Source: an uncultured Acidobacteriota bacterium (GTDB lineage: Bacteria; Acidobacteriota; UBA6911; RPQK01; CBDAPI01). From it: a DNA stretch of 64,000 nt. Where the stretch lies: NCBI GenBank assembly GCA_964569605.1, contig CAZMUJ010000071.1, positions 12,313 through 76,312 of the forward strand, read 5' to 3'. Made by a program: the position numbers and the translations under genes. How positions within the stretch are numbered: the stretch's first letter is position 1; each line of letters starts with the position of its first letter. The notes under the pieces were generated by a model that did not search any database, was not told where the DNA came from, and was given only the letters and a program-made list of their open reading frames with translations. Shown piece after piece: positions 51,544 to 61,957 of this stretch.

Positions 51544-52016
51544 TTCACCCTATAGGATCTAAATTGCACTTATATCATTGCTCAGGAGAGGACCGACACT
51601 CACTGCATGCCAGCCAGAGCTTTCTCTAGATTTCCACAGGTTTTAAACAGGTTGTGAAAATTGACTTTCCTACTAGCCTCGATCCAAACAAAAGTAAAGC
51701 TACCATGCCTTCACTTGCCTTGCAAATTGTTTTTACAAAAAAAAGAATTTTAGCGCCTCACAAGGAGAAATGTCCTTATTTGACAGTAATATAAGCACCT
51801 TTACCGAAAATAAAAATGAGGGAGTTTAGGCTTTTTTCAAGAGCAATTAGGAATTCTTGTTGAGGGAGGGTCTTAATAACCCCATACCGCTAATCAAAAA
51901 CCCAACAAAGGCGTTCATATGTGCTCGTTTTGACGGTTTGACTGAATTACAAATGCGTTTCAATAGATACTATTTGGGGGACCGAACTTAGAACCGCACT
52001 TTGTGCAGAAATTCTA
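51544..52016. promoter_or_regulatory. candidate oriC / dnaA promoter region
   Basis: 473-bp AT-rich non-coding gap immediately upstream of dnaA, with A/T tracts (tttttacaaaaaaaagaatttta). No perfect TTATCCACA boxes were found by eye; the best is aTtTCCACA. The call rests mainly on gene context. Confidence 0.35.
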
Positions 52017-52292
52017 TCAGGAGTTTATGAGAAGTTTTAATTCTTTGCCTGGTTTGAAATAAGGCACTTGTTTTGCTGGGACAAACACTTTCTCACCTGT
52101 TTTTGGATTTCGTCCTTGGCGGGGACCCCTATTGCGAAGCCTAAAACTTCCAAACCCTCTCAGTTCAACTTTCTCACCTGATTTAAGGGAATCGACAATA
52201 CTTTTTAGAACTGTCTGAACAATTACTTCAGCATCCTTTTTGTTTAGATCAGAATTTTTATACACCTCGTCTACAAGCTCAGCCTTTGTCAT
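52017..52292 (-). CDS. DNA-binding protein HU/IHF family
   Basis: 91-aa protein with motifs GFGSFRLRNRGPRQGRNPKTGE and AKQVPYFKPGKELK. Confidence 0.85.
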   Translation of the reverse strand: MTKAELVDEVYKNSDLNKKDAEVIVQTVLKSIVDSLKSGEKVELRGFGSFRLRNRGPRQGRNPKTGEKVFVPAKQVPYFKPGKELKLLINS

Positions 52293-54096
52293 TGCTCTCC
52301 TCTTTTTCTGCCAATGCAGCTTTTCTCTTAAGTTCTCCTAATTGGTCCCCTGCGATATCTCCCATAGAAGCCCGGCCAACTTCTTCCTCATAATTCCAAG
52401 TTTCGTTTGTTGCTTCGCGATCAGGGTTGGCAAAAGCTTTAATAGATAAACCAATCTTCCGCTCTAAAAGATTTAACTTAATGATCTTAAAGTCAAGTTC
52501 TTGCCCAACGGAGAAATGCTCTTCCGGGTTATCTATGTGATCCTGCGAGAGCTCAGAAACATGACATAAGCCTTCGATGCCCTCTTCCAACTCAACGAAG
52601 GCTCCAAAATTAGCCAACCTAACAATTTTTCCTGAAATCACATTGCCAACTTCCTTTTCGGAAAAAAAAGTGTCCCAATTGTCCGGCTCCATTTGCTTAA
52701 TCCCCAAGGACAGTCGCTGATTTTCAGCATCCACATTGAGAACAACAGCACTAACTTCGTCACCTTTCTCTAAAACTTCTGACGGATGACTGATTTTTTT
52801 GGTCCAACTCAAATCGGAAACATGAACAAGGCCATCAACTCCTTCTTCTACCTCAATAAAGGCTCCGAAATCTGTGAGGTTTCTCACATGCCCTGTTACG
52901 ATTGAATTGATGGCATATTTTGCTTCTATTGCTTCCCATGGATTTGGTTCTGTCTGTTTAAGCCCTAGAGAGATCCTTCGGCCTTCTGTGTCGATCTCTA
53001 GTACTTCGGCCTCAGCACTTTCGCCGACCTCCAGGAGTTGAGATGGATGTTTGATACGTTTGTTCCAAGTCATCTCCGAAATGTGGATTAATCCTTCCAC
53101 TCCTTCTTCTAGTTCCACAAATGCACCATAGTAGGTCAAGCTTACGACCCGAGTCTCTACACGAGATCCCTTAGGATAACGACGGGAAGCGCTGAGCCAT
53201 GGGTCATCAGATAATTGTTTGTAGCCAAGGGAAACTTTTTCTTCAAGTCGATTGAATTTGAGAACCTTAACATTGACCTCATCTCCCACCTTGAAGATAT
53301 CAGAGGGGTGATTAACGCGACCCCAGGACATATCTGTGATGTGGAGCAACCCATCAATACCTCCAAGGTCTGCGAAAGCACCATAGTCTGTTATGTTTTT
53401 GATCACAGCCGAGACAATCAGTCCTTCTTCCAATGATTTGAGTGTTTCCTCTTTCTTCTTAAAGTATTCTTCTTCCATCGCTGCCTTACGCGAAAGAACA
53501 ATGTTGCCTCGCTTTTTGTTAACTTTGATCACCCTCATTTCGAGTTCTTGGCCCTTAAAGCTATCTAGATTTCGGATAGGATGAAGATCAATTTGCGAAC
53601 CGGGCAAGAAAGCCCTTACCCCTATATCAACTGCCAGGCCTCCTTTGATGCGATCGACTACTCTACCTTTTACAATTGACTGGTCCTGATAGGCCTCTTC
53701 GATAGTGTCCCAGATTTTCATGCGCTGCGCTTTTTCACGCGAAAGAACAACGTATCCATCCCGGCCCTCAGTATGCTGAAACAACACCTCCACGGTGTCA
53801 CCCTCCTGAACTTCAAGTGTCCCTTCTTCACTTCGAAACTCGCCCAGAGATATGATGCCTTCAGATTTGTAACCGACGTCAACAATCACTCCGTTTCCAG
53901 TGATTTTAAGTACTTTCCCCTTAACGAGTTCGCCTTCTGCAATTTTCTGAAAGCTCGTTTGATAAGCAGCGGCTAAAGCTTCAGCGTCAAGATTAACATC
54001 TTCGATAATTTTCGGTATTCCAGGTACGGACTGTTTTTTTGTGGATTCCATTAATTCCTTTTTAGATGCATAAATATTTGATTCCATGGGAAACAT
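52279..54096 (-). CDS. rpsA: 30S ribosomal protein S1
   Basis: 605-aa protein with six S1 domains. Confidence 0.9.
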   Translation of the reverse strand: MFPMESNIYASKKELMESTKKQSVPGIPKIIEDVNLDAEALAAAYQTSFQKIAEGELVKGKVLKITGNGVIVDVGYKSEGIISLGEFRSEEGTLEVQEGDTVEVLFQHTEGRDGYVVLSREKAQRMKIWDTIEEAYQDQSIVKGRVVDRIKGGLAVDIGVRAFLPGSQIDLHPIRNLDSFKGQELEMRVIKVNKKRGNIVLSRKAAMEEEYFKKKEETLKSLEEGLIVSAVIKNITDYGAFADLGGIDGLLHITDMSWGRVNHPSDIFKVGDEVNVKVLKFNRLEEKVSLGYKQLSDDPWLSASRRYPKGSRVETRVVSLTYYGAFVELEEGVEGLIHISEMTWNKRIKHPSQLLEVGESAEAEVLEIDTEGRRISLGLKQTEPNPWEAIEAKYAINSIVTGHVRNLTDFGAFIEVEEGVDGLVHVSDLSWTKKISHPSEVLEKGDEVSAVVLNVDAENQRLSLGIKQMEPDNWDTFFSEKEVGNVISGKIVRLANFGAFVELEEGIEGLCHVSELSQDHIDNPEEHFSVGQELDFKIIKLNLLERKIGLSIKAFANPDREATNETWNYEEEVGRASMGDIAGDQLGELKRKAALAEKEESNDKG

Positions 54097-54436
54097 GGCT
54101 TCCCTTATACAAAACCCTCTACAGCATAGGCCTCCTTGAAGGCCTCCTTCAAGGCCAACAATAATGGTAAGACCGAAAAGGTAGACGGCCTCGACTCAAC
54201 CCTTGAAATGGGAACTCTTACAAGATTTGGAGAAACCCTCGCTGTATTTAAAATTTCTTATACCGTGAGTTTGGCTCTTTGTCAAGGAAGTCGGATTCGA
54301 CTAGAAAAGACTGGATTTGTTACACTTGTGTTTGCTGAGATACTCCTTTGGATTTACCCGACCCTAGATTTGAAATTTTTTACCGGATGGATTGTCTCTA
54401 AAACAAATAGAGAATCTTACAAGGTGATAGAAGAAA

Positions 54437-55510
54437 ATGTTGGAAAGGTTAGCAGAGCTCGAAGATCGCTATGAAGAGCTTTCTCGGCTGCTGACTGACC
54501 GGAAAATCCTGGAATCCCCGGAACGCTATCGGGACACTGCGCGTGAGCACTTTGAACTCCACGGAATCGTCGAAGAATACCGATACTACCTGTCTTTATT
54601 GGAACAGACTGCTGACACAGAGTCACTATTTAACGACGGTTCTGATCCTGAAATTCTAGAGCTAGCCCGAGAAGAGCTAACCCAACTTAAAAGAGATGCA
54701 AATGCTTCTGAGGTCAAGCTCAAAAAGTTTCTAATCCCTCAAGACGTTAATGACAAGAAGAACGCTATTCTAGAGATTCGGGCTGGCACTGGGGGAGCCG
54801 AAGCCACCCTCTTCGCACAAGAAGTGCTTAGGATGTATACTCGCTATGCAGAGTCAAAAGGCTGGAAGATAGATCTGGTTACAGCAAATTATTCTTCGGT
54901 TGGAGGCCTTAAAGAGAGCATTGCCTCCATTGAAGGCAAGGGTGTTTTCAGTAGGCTGAAATTCGAGAGTGGAGTCCACCGGGTTCAACGGATCCCTGAA
55001 ACCGAGACACAAGGCCGGGTGCATACCTCTGCGGTAACCGTCGCAGTTTTACCAGAAGCAGATGAGTTAGAAGTGGCCATAGATCAAAACGACCTCAAAA
55101 TAGACACTTTCTGCTCCTCTGGACCAGGAGGTCAGTCTGTTAATACGACATACTCGGCAATTCGAATTACTCACTTACCCAGTGGAGAAGTTGTAACATG
55201 CCAGGATGAGAAATCCTGGCATAAAAACAAATCCAGGGCAATGAAAGTCTTGCGCTCCCGACTCTATGAAAAGGCCAGTGCAAAACAACAGCAGGAGATT
55301 GCTGAAAACCGTAAAGCCCTGGTTGGAAGTGGAGACCGCAGCGAAAAAATCAGAACCTACAATTTCCCACAAAACCGTGTGACTGAGCACAGAATTAGCC
55401 TCACTCTCCATCGGCTTGAGCAAATACTTGCAGGAGATCTAGACGAAATCATTGAGACACTGGCCAGTCATGACCAAGAAGAAGCTCTTAAAGCAGTAGA
55501 TACCTCTTGA
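54437..55510 (+). CDS. prfA: peptide chain release factor 1
   Basis: GGQ motif ([12 protein letters not shown]), RF1-type PxT tripeptide region ([14 protein letters not shown]), and prmC follows. Confidence 0.95.
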   Translation: MLERLAELEDRYEELSRLLTDRKILESPERYRDTAREHFELHGIVEEYRYYLSLLEQTADTESLFNDGSDPEILELAREELTQLKRDANASEVKLKKFLIPQDVNDKKNAILEIRAGTGGAEATLFAQEVLRMYTRYAESKGWKIDLVTANYSSVGGLKESIASIEGKGVFSRLKFESGVHRVQRIPETETQGRVHTSAVTVAVLPEADELEVAIDQNDLKIDTFCSSGPGGQSVNTTYSAIRITHLPSGEVVTCQDEKSWHKNKSRAMKVLRSRLYEKASAKQQQEIAENRKALVGSGDRSEKIRTYNFPQNRVTEHRISLTLHRLEQILAGDLDEIIETLASHDQEEALKAVDTS

Positions 55511-56364
55511 CCGTTCGCGAAGCAATTCAATTAGGATGTAACGAGCTGGGTTCCCATGGCCTGCGCTCTCCAAGAGCAGATGCCCTATTCATTCTTGGAT
55601 TGGTACTAAAGGAAAGTCAAATGTGGATTGCAACCTCTTGGGGTTCAAGGCTCACTGCCTTACAAGAACAGCTGTACAACCAACTGATTCTACTGCGTCA
55701 AAACCACTTTCCAATCCAGTATATGTCAGGCGAACAGGAGTTCTACTCTCGCAAATTTCGAGTCAAGCCGGGAGTGTTAATTCCGCGTCCAGAGACAGAG
55801 CTGCTTGTAAGCGAGGCTCTCCGACTATGCCCCCAGCTAGGAGACAATATTATATCAGTTCTAGACATCGGAACCGGCTCAGGTTGCATTGCGATCTCAC
55901 TTGCCTGTGAGCATCCTCAAATGCAAATAAAGGCTTTAGAGCCTAGTCCAGTTGCTCTCGGAATAGCTGCAGAAAACTGCCGGCGGCATAATGTCTCCCA
56001 CAAAGTAAAACTACTTTGCGTCGAGTGTCACGCTTACATCACAACTCAAAAATTTCACCTAATTATTTCCAACCCCCCTTACCTGAACCGAAAGTCTGTG
56101 AAGGAAGCAGATCTCTCGGTTCTTAAATATGAACCACATGAAGCCTTGTTCGATCAAACCGGGGGATTGGGTCTTTATAGATCGATTTTTAAAAAATCCC
56201 AAGAATGGTTGCACCATAATGGATACCTGATACTGGAATTGGGACACGACAATCTAAAGGAAATAGCATCCCTCGCTCTTGCTACCAACTGGGCAATACA
56301 TAGTGTTCAGATCGATCATTCCGGTTGGCCAAGAGTTCTGGTGCTTCGAAAGAAATCCAATTAG
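55507..56364 (+). CDS. prmC: release factor glutamine N5-methyltransferase PrmC/HemK
   Basis: SAM motif [11 protein letters not shown] and catalytic NPPY; 4-nt overlap with prfA. Confidence 0.85.
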   Translation: MTVREAIQLGCNELGSHGLRSPRADALFILGLVLKESQMWIATSWGSRLTALQEQLYNQLILLRQNHFPIQYMSGEQEFYSRKFRVKPGVLIPRPETELLVSEALRLCPQLGDNIISVLDIGTGSGCIAISLACEHPQMQIKALEPSPVALGIAAENCRRHNVSHKVKLLCVECHAYITTQKFHLIISNPPYLNRKSVKEADLSVLKYEPHEALFDQTGGLGLYRSIFKKSQEWLHHNGYLILELGHDNLKEIASLALATNWAIHSVQIDHSGWPRVLVLRKKSN

Positions 56365-56422
56365 TATTCTGTAAAATAGTTGTTCAAAAAATTACAAACT
56401 TAATAAGAAGTCGGAGACATTT

Positions 56423-56971
56423 GTGAAAGAAGAAATCAAGAAAATCCTAATTGACATCGGTGAAGATCCCCAGAGAGAAGGGCTCCTCAAAACGCCCCAA
56501 CGAGTTGAGGAAGTGTTCCGCTTTCTCAGTAGCGGCCACAAAGTGGATCTAGGGAAGCTTCTTAACAACGCTCTGTTCAAAGTTGATTACGACGAAATGG
56601 TAATCGTCAAGAATATAGAAATGTATAGTCTTTGCGAACACCATTTACTGCCTTTTTTTGGGCGTTGCCATGTAGGCTATCTCCCCAACAAATACGTTAT
56701 CGGCTTGAGCAAAATACCTCGAATTGTTGAAACTTTTTCCCGGCGGCTTCAGGTTCAGGAGCGCCTAACCCAGCAGATTGCGGAAACCATCACAAATGCG
56801 ATTGATCCCAAGGGGGTTGCCGTAGTAATCGAGGGCCAACACCTTTGTATGATGATGAGAGGGGTAGAGAAACAGAACACCCAAATGATTACATCCGCAA
56901 TGCTGGGCCGATTTCGAAATGACTCAAGATCTAGGTCAGAATTCTTTAGTTTAATAGGGATTTCGCCGTGA
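56423..56971 (+). CDS. folE: GTP cyclohydrolase I
   Basis: Active-site motif [15 protein letters not shown] and a QERLT block. Confidence 0.9.
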   Translation: MKEEIKKILIDIGEDPQREGLLKTPQRVEEVFRFLSSGHKVDLGKLLNNALFKVDYDEMVIVKNIEMYSLCEHHLLPFFGRCHVGYLPNKYVIGLSKIPRIVETFSRRLQVQERLTQQIAETITNAIDPKGVAVVIEGQHLCMMMRGVEKQNTQMITSAMLGRFRNDSRSRSEFFSLIGISP

Positions 56972-58440
56972 GATGGCAACGGAATCTTGAAAAAGAACAG
57001 AATCCCCGAATAGGTCTGATTGCTATTTCCACCTGGCTAATGCTGGGCAGTCTTTTGGGAATGACTCAACAAAATCCTGAGCCCCCCGATGAGCCTTCAC
57101 CCTTTCGTGTAGACGTCAATCTAGTCTCTCTCAGATTTACCGTGACAAACGACAAGGGGAAATTCATAAATTCCCTTTCCAAGAACGACTTCCTCGTTGA
57201 AGATAATGGTAAAAGGATAGAGATAGAAACCTTTAAAAAACCGCGAAAACAGTCCACGGCTAGCCAATATCTGTGGCTAGCATTTCTTATCGACGTCAGT
57301 GGAAGTACTTTTGCAACTAGAACTGAAGAAATTGTTGCCGCACAGACTTTTCTGGATAATATCGCCTCCGGGACTCGCATCGGCGTTTTCGGATTCACCG
57401 AAGAATTGCTTCCTTTTCAATCCTTTACGTTGGATCGGGCTCTCGTTCTCAATGCAATCAGTCAAGCTAGACGGCATCTCGGGAAAACCGCGATCTATGA
57501 TTCTCTGGACCGGCTTATTAAGATCATTTCTGACGTAGCTCCGACCAACAGCTCTAAAGCAGTGATTGTGATTTCTGATGGTTTAGACCCTACCCCTAGC
57601 AAGGCTATACTTAGCGCTCAGCGGGCCCTAGAAGAAGATTTCACTCTATATACAATCCGCGTGCCTTCTTCAGCACAAGTCTACATCGGTCCCACCCCCA
57701 ATCCACAGGAAAAATCATCACGTACTTTTCGGCAACATCGAAACAAAGAACAAACTGACGCATTTCAACGGCTAGCTCCCCTAACCGGGGGTCTTAATTT
57801 CAGCGGGTTCGAGACAATTTTGGACTTTGATTACACGCTGGCCGAGATTAATGATCATCTTTTTGGCAATTTGTACCAAATTGGTTATTACAGGCCTGAG
57901 GTTTTAAGCCAAGCTATACCTGAACAAATTCAAGTACGCACTCTGCGAAGAGATCTTCATATCGCTTCAGCCTTCAAAAAACTGCCCCAACATTTCGATG
58001 CCAAGCGTTCATTGCTACAAGTTTTTTTTGATACTTCCGGTGAAACCACCTTTTCTAACCAAACTCCTGTCAGGTTTAGAGAACTCGGAGCCGACATGGA
58101 TGTGTTGCGACAGATTTCAGAAGAAGGAATGATAGGGCTGCCATTTAGACTAAAAGTAAATCCTTACTCCTTTAGAGACGCTGTAGGCAGGGGGGTCCAA
58201 ACACAACTTGGAATTTTGGGCCTTCTTATCGACGAGAAAGGTGAGGAAGTGGTTCGACTCAGAGAAATTATACGCACTAGCATGGATGCTAGAGAGGTCA
58301 GGAATGGTCGGGGAATTATTTATAGTAATAGATTATTGGCGCCCCCTGGCAACTATACCTTGCAAGTTGCCGTAATAGAGCTATCAACCTGGCGACTGAC
58401 TTCATTCTCCCGTGCTGTCACAATTAAAGGGAGCTTCTAA
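56968..58440 (+). CDS. secreted von Willebrand factor A domain protein
   Basis: N-terminal TM/signal segment and a vWA MIDAS-like motif (IDVSGST ... VISDG); 490 aa. Confidence 0.55.
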   Translation: MRWQRNLEKEQNPRIGLIAISTWLMLGSLLGMTQQNPEPPDEPSPFRVDVNLVSLRFTVTNDKGKFINSLSKNDFLVEDNGKRIEIETFKKPRKQSTASQYLWLAFLIDVSGSTFATRTEEIVAAQTFLDNIASGTRIGVFGFTEELLPFQSFTLDRALVLNAISQARRHLGKTAIYDSLDRLIKIISDVAPTNSSKAVIVISDGLDPTPSKAILSAQRALEEDFTLYTIRVPSSAQVYIGPTPNPQEKSSRTFRQHRNKEQTDAFQRLAPLTGGLNFSGFETILDFDYTLAEINDHLFGNLYQIGYYRPEVLSQAIPEQIQVRTLRRDLHIASAFKKLPQHFDAKRSLLQVFFDTSGETTFSNQTPVRFRELGADMDVLRQISEEGMIGLPFRLKVNPYSFRDAVGRGVQTQLGILGLLIDEKGEEVVRLREIIRTSMDAREVRNGRGIIYSNRLLAPPGNYTLQVAVIELSTWRLTSFSRAVTIKGSF

Positions 58441-58510
58441 GATGTTTAAGTCCGTACCAAAAACTATCAACAATTCTGATTTCTTGTCAGTTTGGTTGGA
58501 TCACAAACCT

Positions 58511-59707
58511 TCAAAAAAGTCGAGCTGCAATCCAGCCACCAGAAACAAGCGTGCCCAGAACACTTCCTAGGTTGGAAAATACTACTACTAAAAGCACTCG
58601 GGCAGCAGTATTTTTCCAGAACCCCCGAACTGATCCGATCGCTTCAGGAAGCTCCTCCAGATCTTTAACCGTCGGTTTCTTCACAACACATTGAACCAGG
58701 CCCGCCACCCAGCCAGCAGCAATCATGGGATTTAAGCTAGTCAGAGGAGCCGCTAGGAATGCACTCAAAATTGTGAGTGGATGAGCTAGGGAAAGAGCAG
58801 CACCAAGCGCAGAAAGGGTTCCATTAACTGCAATCCATATATATATAGATTGGAGTGATTGTTGCATGTCCCCTTGGCTAAATCCATAAGCAAAAAGCAT
58901 CAAGACAAAACCTGGAACTACCCACCTAAAAACCTTAGACAAGCGTCCTGGTGAAGGCACTTTCAGAAGGGGCGCCAATTTTTTTTTGCACTCAATGTTA
59001 GCCAAAATTCCAGGCACATGTCCTGCTCCTACAACAGCAACAGTTCGGTTGCCAGCCTTTTGCCTAACTTCCTGGGCTAGATAAATATCTCTTTCGTCAA
59101 TTAAGGTCTCTTTCAAATTAGGACATTCATCTGCAAGAAATTTTAGAATGTCTCCAAGTTTTTCCTCTTCTTTCATTTTCTCGACCATTTCTTCATCAAT
59201 TTCCTCAATATCAAAAAGACTAGACAGAAGCTGAAAAAGAATCCTAATCCGGTCCCAAAACCGCAGTCGGCGCCAGGTTCTTTTTAAAGTTATCTGAATA
59301 TCACGATCAACCAAAATCAATTCCGCTCCCACCTCACTTGCAGCCCGGATTGCTTCTAGCATTTCAGCTCCTGGCTTCACCCCAATTCGCTCTCCCAACC
59401 GCTTTTGAAAGGAGACCATGACCAGCGAGGCCAGCAGAAGCATGGCTTTGCCTTGGCGTATAATTTTCACGATGTTTGTGTTCTTCCATCTTTCTTGATC
59501 CATGATGTTTCGGTATCTAGACTCACACAATTCCACGCACACTACATTTGGGCTTGTAGCTAATATAGTTTGCCTTACGTCTTCTATGCTTTGTTTTGAG
59601 ATGTGGGCGGTTGGGACAAGAAAGATTTTTCGGCCGTCCAAATTAATTTTCTTCACGTTTGGGGGGATACGCCCCGGCAGGTTAAGCTTTGTGTTTTTTT
59701 TTCCCAT
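58511..59707 (-). CDS. TraB/GumN family protein with C-terminal membrane domain
   Basis: N-terminal TraB-family region (IFLVPTAHISKQS ... VVCVELCESRY) and about four C-terminal TM helices. Confidence 0.55.
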   Translation of the reverse strand: MGKKNTKLNLPGRIPPNVKKINLDGRKIFLVPTAHISKQSIEDVRQTILATSPNVVCVELCESRYRNIMDQERWKNTNIVKIIRQGKAMLLLASLVMVSFQKRLGERIGVKPGAEMLEAIRAASEVGAELILVDRDIQITLKRTWRRLRFWDRIRILFQLLSSLFDIEEIDEEMVEKMKEEEKLGDILKFLADECPNLKETLIDERDIYLAQEVRQKAGNRTVAVVGAGHVPGILANIECKKKLAPLLKVPSPGRLSKVFRWVVPGFVLMLFAYGFSQGDMQQSLQSIYIWIAVNGTLSALGAALSLAHPLTILSAFLAAPLTSLNPMIAAGWVAGLVQCVVKKPTVKDLEELPEAIGSVRGFWKNTAARVLLVVVFSNLGSVLGTLVSGGWIAARLF

Positions 59708-59873
59708 AAAAGCACTTCTCAGTTAGACCAAACCAAAGCCTATATGAATCTTGTGAATTTTCCCCAAGTAATAGGGACAAGTAATTGATGCAAAAAGGGT
59801 AAAATCTATTTAGCTTTCTTAAAAAGAGGACCCTGAATTGAATGTCAACGGACAACTCAACCGTGTTCGTCGC

Positions 59874-60242
59874 TCAAAGATCAAAGCCCAACTGGAGTCG
59901 AGCAGCTTCCGACATCTTTTCCATGCCCCATGGTGGGTCCCATACTAGATCGACTAAAACATCGGTAACGCCTTCCACCTCTCGAACCCGACTCTCAACA
60001 TCCCCGGGAAGAGTTCCGGCAACAGGGCAAGCGGGTGACGTCAAGGTCATCTGGATTTCAACATTTCCTGCATCAACCCCTAACTTATAAATCAATCCTA
60101 GCTCGTAAATGTCAACAGGAATTTCGGGATCATAGACAGTCTTGAGGGCTGCTATAACTGCCTCCTCTTGCCTCTTTTCATCCGTCTCGGAATTTTTACC
60201 AGATTCGGCCGTTTCAATTTGCTCAACGTCAGAATTTTCCAT
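59874..60242 (-). CDS. sufT: SUF-associated Fe-S assembly protein (DUF59/SufT-like)
   Basis: DUF59 hallmarks VYDPEIPVDIYELGLIY and TLTSPACPVAG. Positioned at the distal end of the suf operon. Confidence 0.65.
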   Translation of the reverse strand: MENSDVEQIETAESGKNSETDEKRQEEAVIAALKTVYDPEIPVDIYELGLIYKLGVDAGNVEIQMTLTSPACPVAGTLPGDVESRVREVEGVTDVLVDLVWDPPWGMEKMSEAARLQLGFDL

Positions 60243-60245
60243 TGA

Positions 60246-60692
60246 TCACTCCGTTGTGGTTTCTTTATCCTGCTTTAATGCTGCCTTTAAGGTATGCCAG
60301 GGCAAAGTGGCACATTTGACTCTTAGCGGATACTTACTAACCCCACTGAAAACAACTAACTTTCCCAGGTCTTCTTGCACAATTTCAACTGATTGGCCCG
60401 TTACCAGCGAATGGAAGTGCCCAAACAATGTCTCGAATTCTTTGAGGCTCATCCCTTTCAAAATCTCTGTCATAATGGAAGCAGAGGCTTGTGAAATCGC
60501 ACAACCTGCGCCCTGGAAACCAATATCAACAATTTTGGCAGCTTCTATCTGAAGATATAGTTTGATTTTATCCCCACAAAGAGGATTATGCCCCAATGAT
60601 TTGTGGTTAAAGAAGTTAAGTTTCCCAAAGTTGCGGGGGCTACGGTTGTGATCTAAAATAACCTCCTGATACAGCTCGGTTAGGTCAGGCAT
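60246..60692 (-). CDS. sufU: SufU/NifU-like Fe-S cluster scaffold / sulfur acceptor
   Basis: Conserved Cys-containing blocks NPLCGDKIKL, GAGCAISQASASIMTE and a C-terminal CATLPWH; 1-nt shared boundary with sufS. Confidence 0.8.
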   Translation of the reverse strand: MPDLTELYQEVILDHNRSPRNFGKLNFFNHKSLGHNPLCGDKIKLYLQIEAAKIVDIGFQGAGCAISQASASIMTEILKGMSLKEFETLFGHFHSLVTGQSVEIVQEDLGKLVVFSGVSKYPLRVKCATLPWHTLKAALKQDKETTTE

Positions 60693-61957
60693 TAGTTAAA
60701 TATCCTATACACTTCTTGCAAGGCCTCACAAAGCTTGTCAATTTCTTCTTTTGTATTGTAGAAAGCAATGGATGCTCTAGCAGTTGCCGGAATTTTAAAA
60801 CGATCCATGACAGGCTGAGCACAATGATGTCCTGTGCGGATAGCGATTCCTTTTTGGTCCAGAATGGTACCAATATCGTGGGGGTGAACGTTGTCCATTA
60901 CAAAGGACAGCACTCCTACTTTAGAGCTGGCGTTCCCGATAACTCTCAATCCCTCAATCCCCAGAAGTTGAACTGTGGCGTACTCAAGCAGAGTATCCTC
61001 GTAAGCTGCCAGCGCCGAGAAATCCAGCTGATTTAAGTAGTCTACTGAAGCGCCTAGACCGATGACTCCAGCTATATTGGGAGTTCCAGCCTCTAACCGA
61101 AAAGGCAATTCATTGTAGGTGCTCTTTTCAAAGGTAACTGAAAGAATCATCTCACCGCCACCTTGATAAGGTGAAAGCTTTTCCAAAACCTCAAGTCGTC
61201 CGTAAAGAATACCGACCCCTGTCGGACCAAAGGCTTTGTGTCCTGAAAAGCAGTAGAAATCGCATCCCATGTCTTGAACATCTACAGGGAGATGCGGAAT
61301 CCCTTGAGCTCCATCGATGCAGACTTTTACTCCCCTGGCGTGAGCCATTTTTACAATCTCTTTCACTGGGTTGACGGTTCCCAATGCATTGGATACATGG
61401 GCGAGAGTAAGGATTTTGGGTTGTCGTTTTAAGATCTGGTCCAGTTCTTGTAAGTCTATCTCGCCCGTATCGGTAATCGGGACCACCGCCAAGCGAGCTG
61501 ATCGTTTTTGGCAGATTAGTTGCCAAGGGACAATGTTCGAGTGATGTTCCATTTCAGAAACAGCAATCTCGTCACCAGGCTCAAGTAACTCCATAACATA
61601 ACTATGGGCTAGCAGATTAAGCGCCTCTGTAGTGCTGCGCACAAAAATAATTTCTTCTGATCTCTCCGCATTTATGAAAGCCTGGGTCTTTTCTCGAGAA
61701 GCCTCATAAAGATTGGTCGCTTCCTGGCTAAGTGTGTGGACACCGCGATGAACATTCGCATTGCATGTTTGATAGTAATCCTGTAAGGCCTGGATAACTT
61801 GTATAGGTTTCTGGGAAGTAGCGGCACTGTCCAAATAAACAAGAGAATTCCCTTGGACTTTTCGGTTAAGGATTGGAAAATCAGCTCGAATCTTCTCAAC
61901 ATTGAAAAGGCCCGACTTTTCTTGACCCTTAGGGAATCCTGTTTGTGAGCGTGTCAT
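60692..61957 (-). CDS. sufS: cysteine desulfurase SufS
   Basis: PLP-lysine motif SGHKAFGPTGVGILYG and active-site Cys region RTGHHCAQP. Confidence 0.9.
   Translation of the reverse strand: MTRSQTGFPKGQEKSGLFNVEKIRADFPILNRKVQGNSLVYLDSAATSQKPIQVIQALQDYYQTCNANVHRGVHTLSQEATNLYEASREKTQAFINAERSEEIIFVRSTTEALNLLAHSYVMELLEPGDEIAVSEMEHHSNIVPWQLICQKRSARLAVVPITDTGEIDLQELDQILKRQPKILTLAHVSNALGTVNPVKEIVKMAHARGVKVCIDGAQGIPHLPVDVQDMGCDFYCFSGHKAFGPTGVGILYGRLEVLEKLSPYQGGGEMILSVTFEKSTYNELPFRLEAGTPNIAGVIGLGASVDYLNQLDFSALAAYEDTLLEYATVQLLGIEGLRVIGNASSKVGVLSFVMDNVHPHDIGTILDQKGIAIRTGHHCAQPVMDRFKIPATARASIAFYNTKEEIDKLCEALQEVYRIFN

Noticed and set aside
51544-52016. Attempt to list individual DnaA boxes
   Set aside because: No 9-mer matching TTATCCACA with fewer than 2 mismatches was found by eye. 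Individual box calls would be guesses, so only the region is reported.
54437-55510. RF1 tripeptide motif reads PET instead of the textbook PAT/PVT
   Set aside because: The middle residue of the PxT motif is variable among bacteria. The GGQ motif and the downstream prmC are normal, so this is not anomalous.
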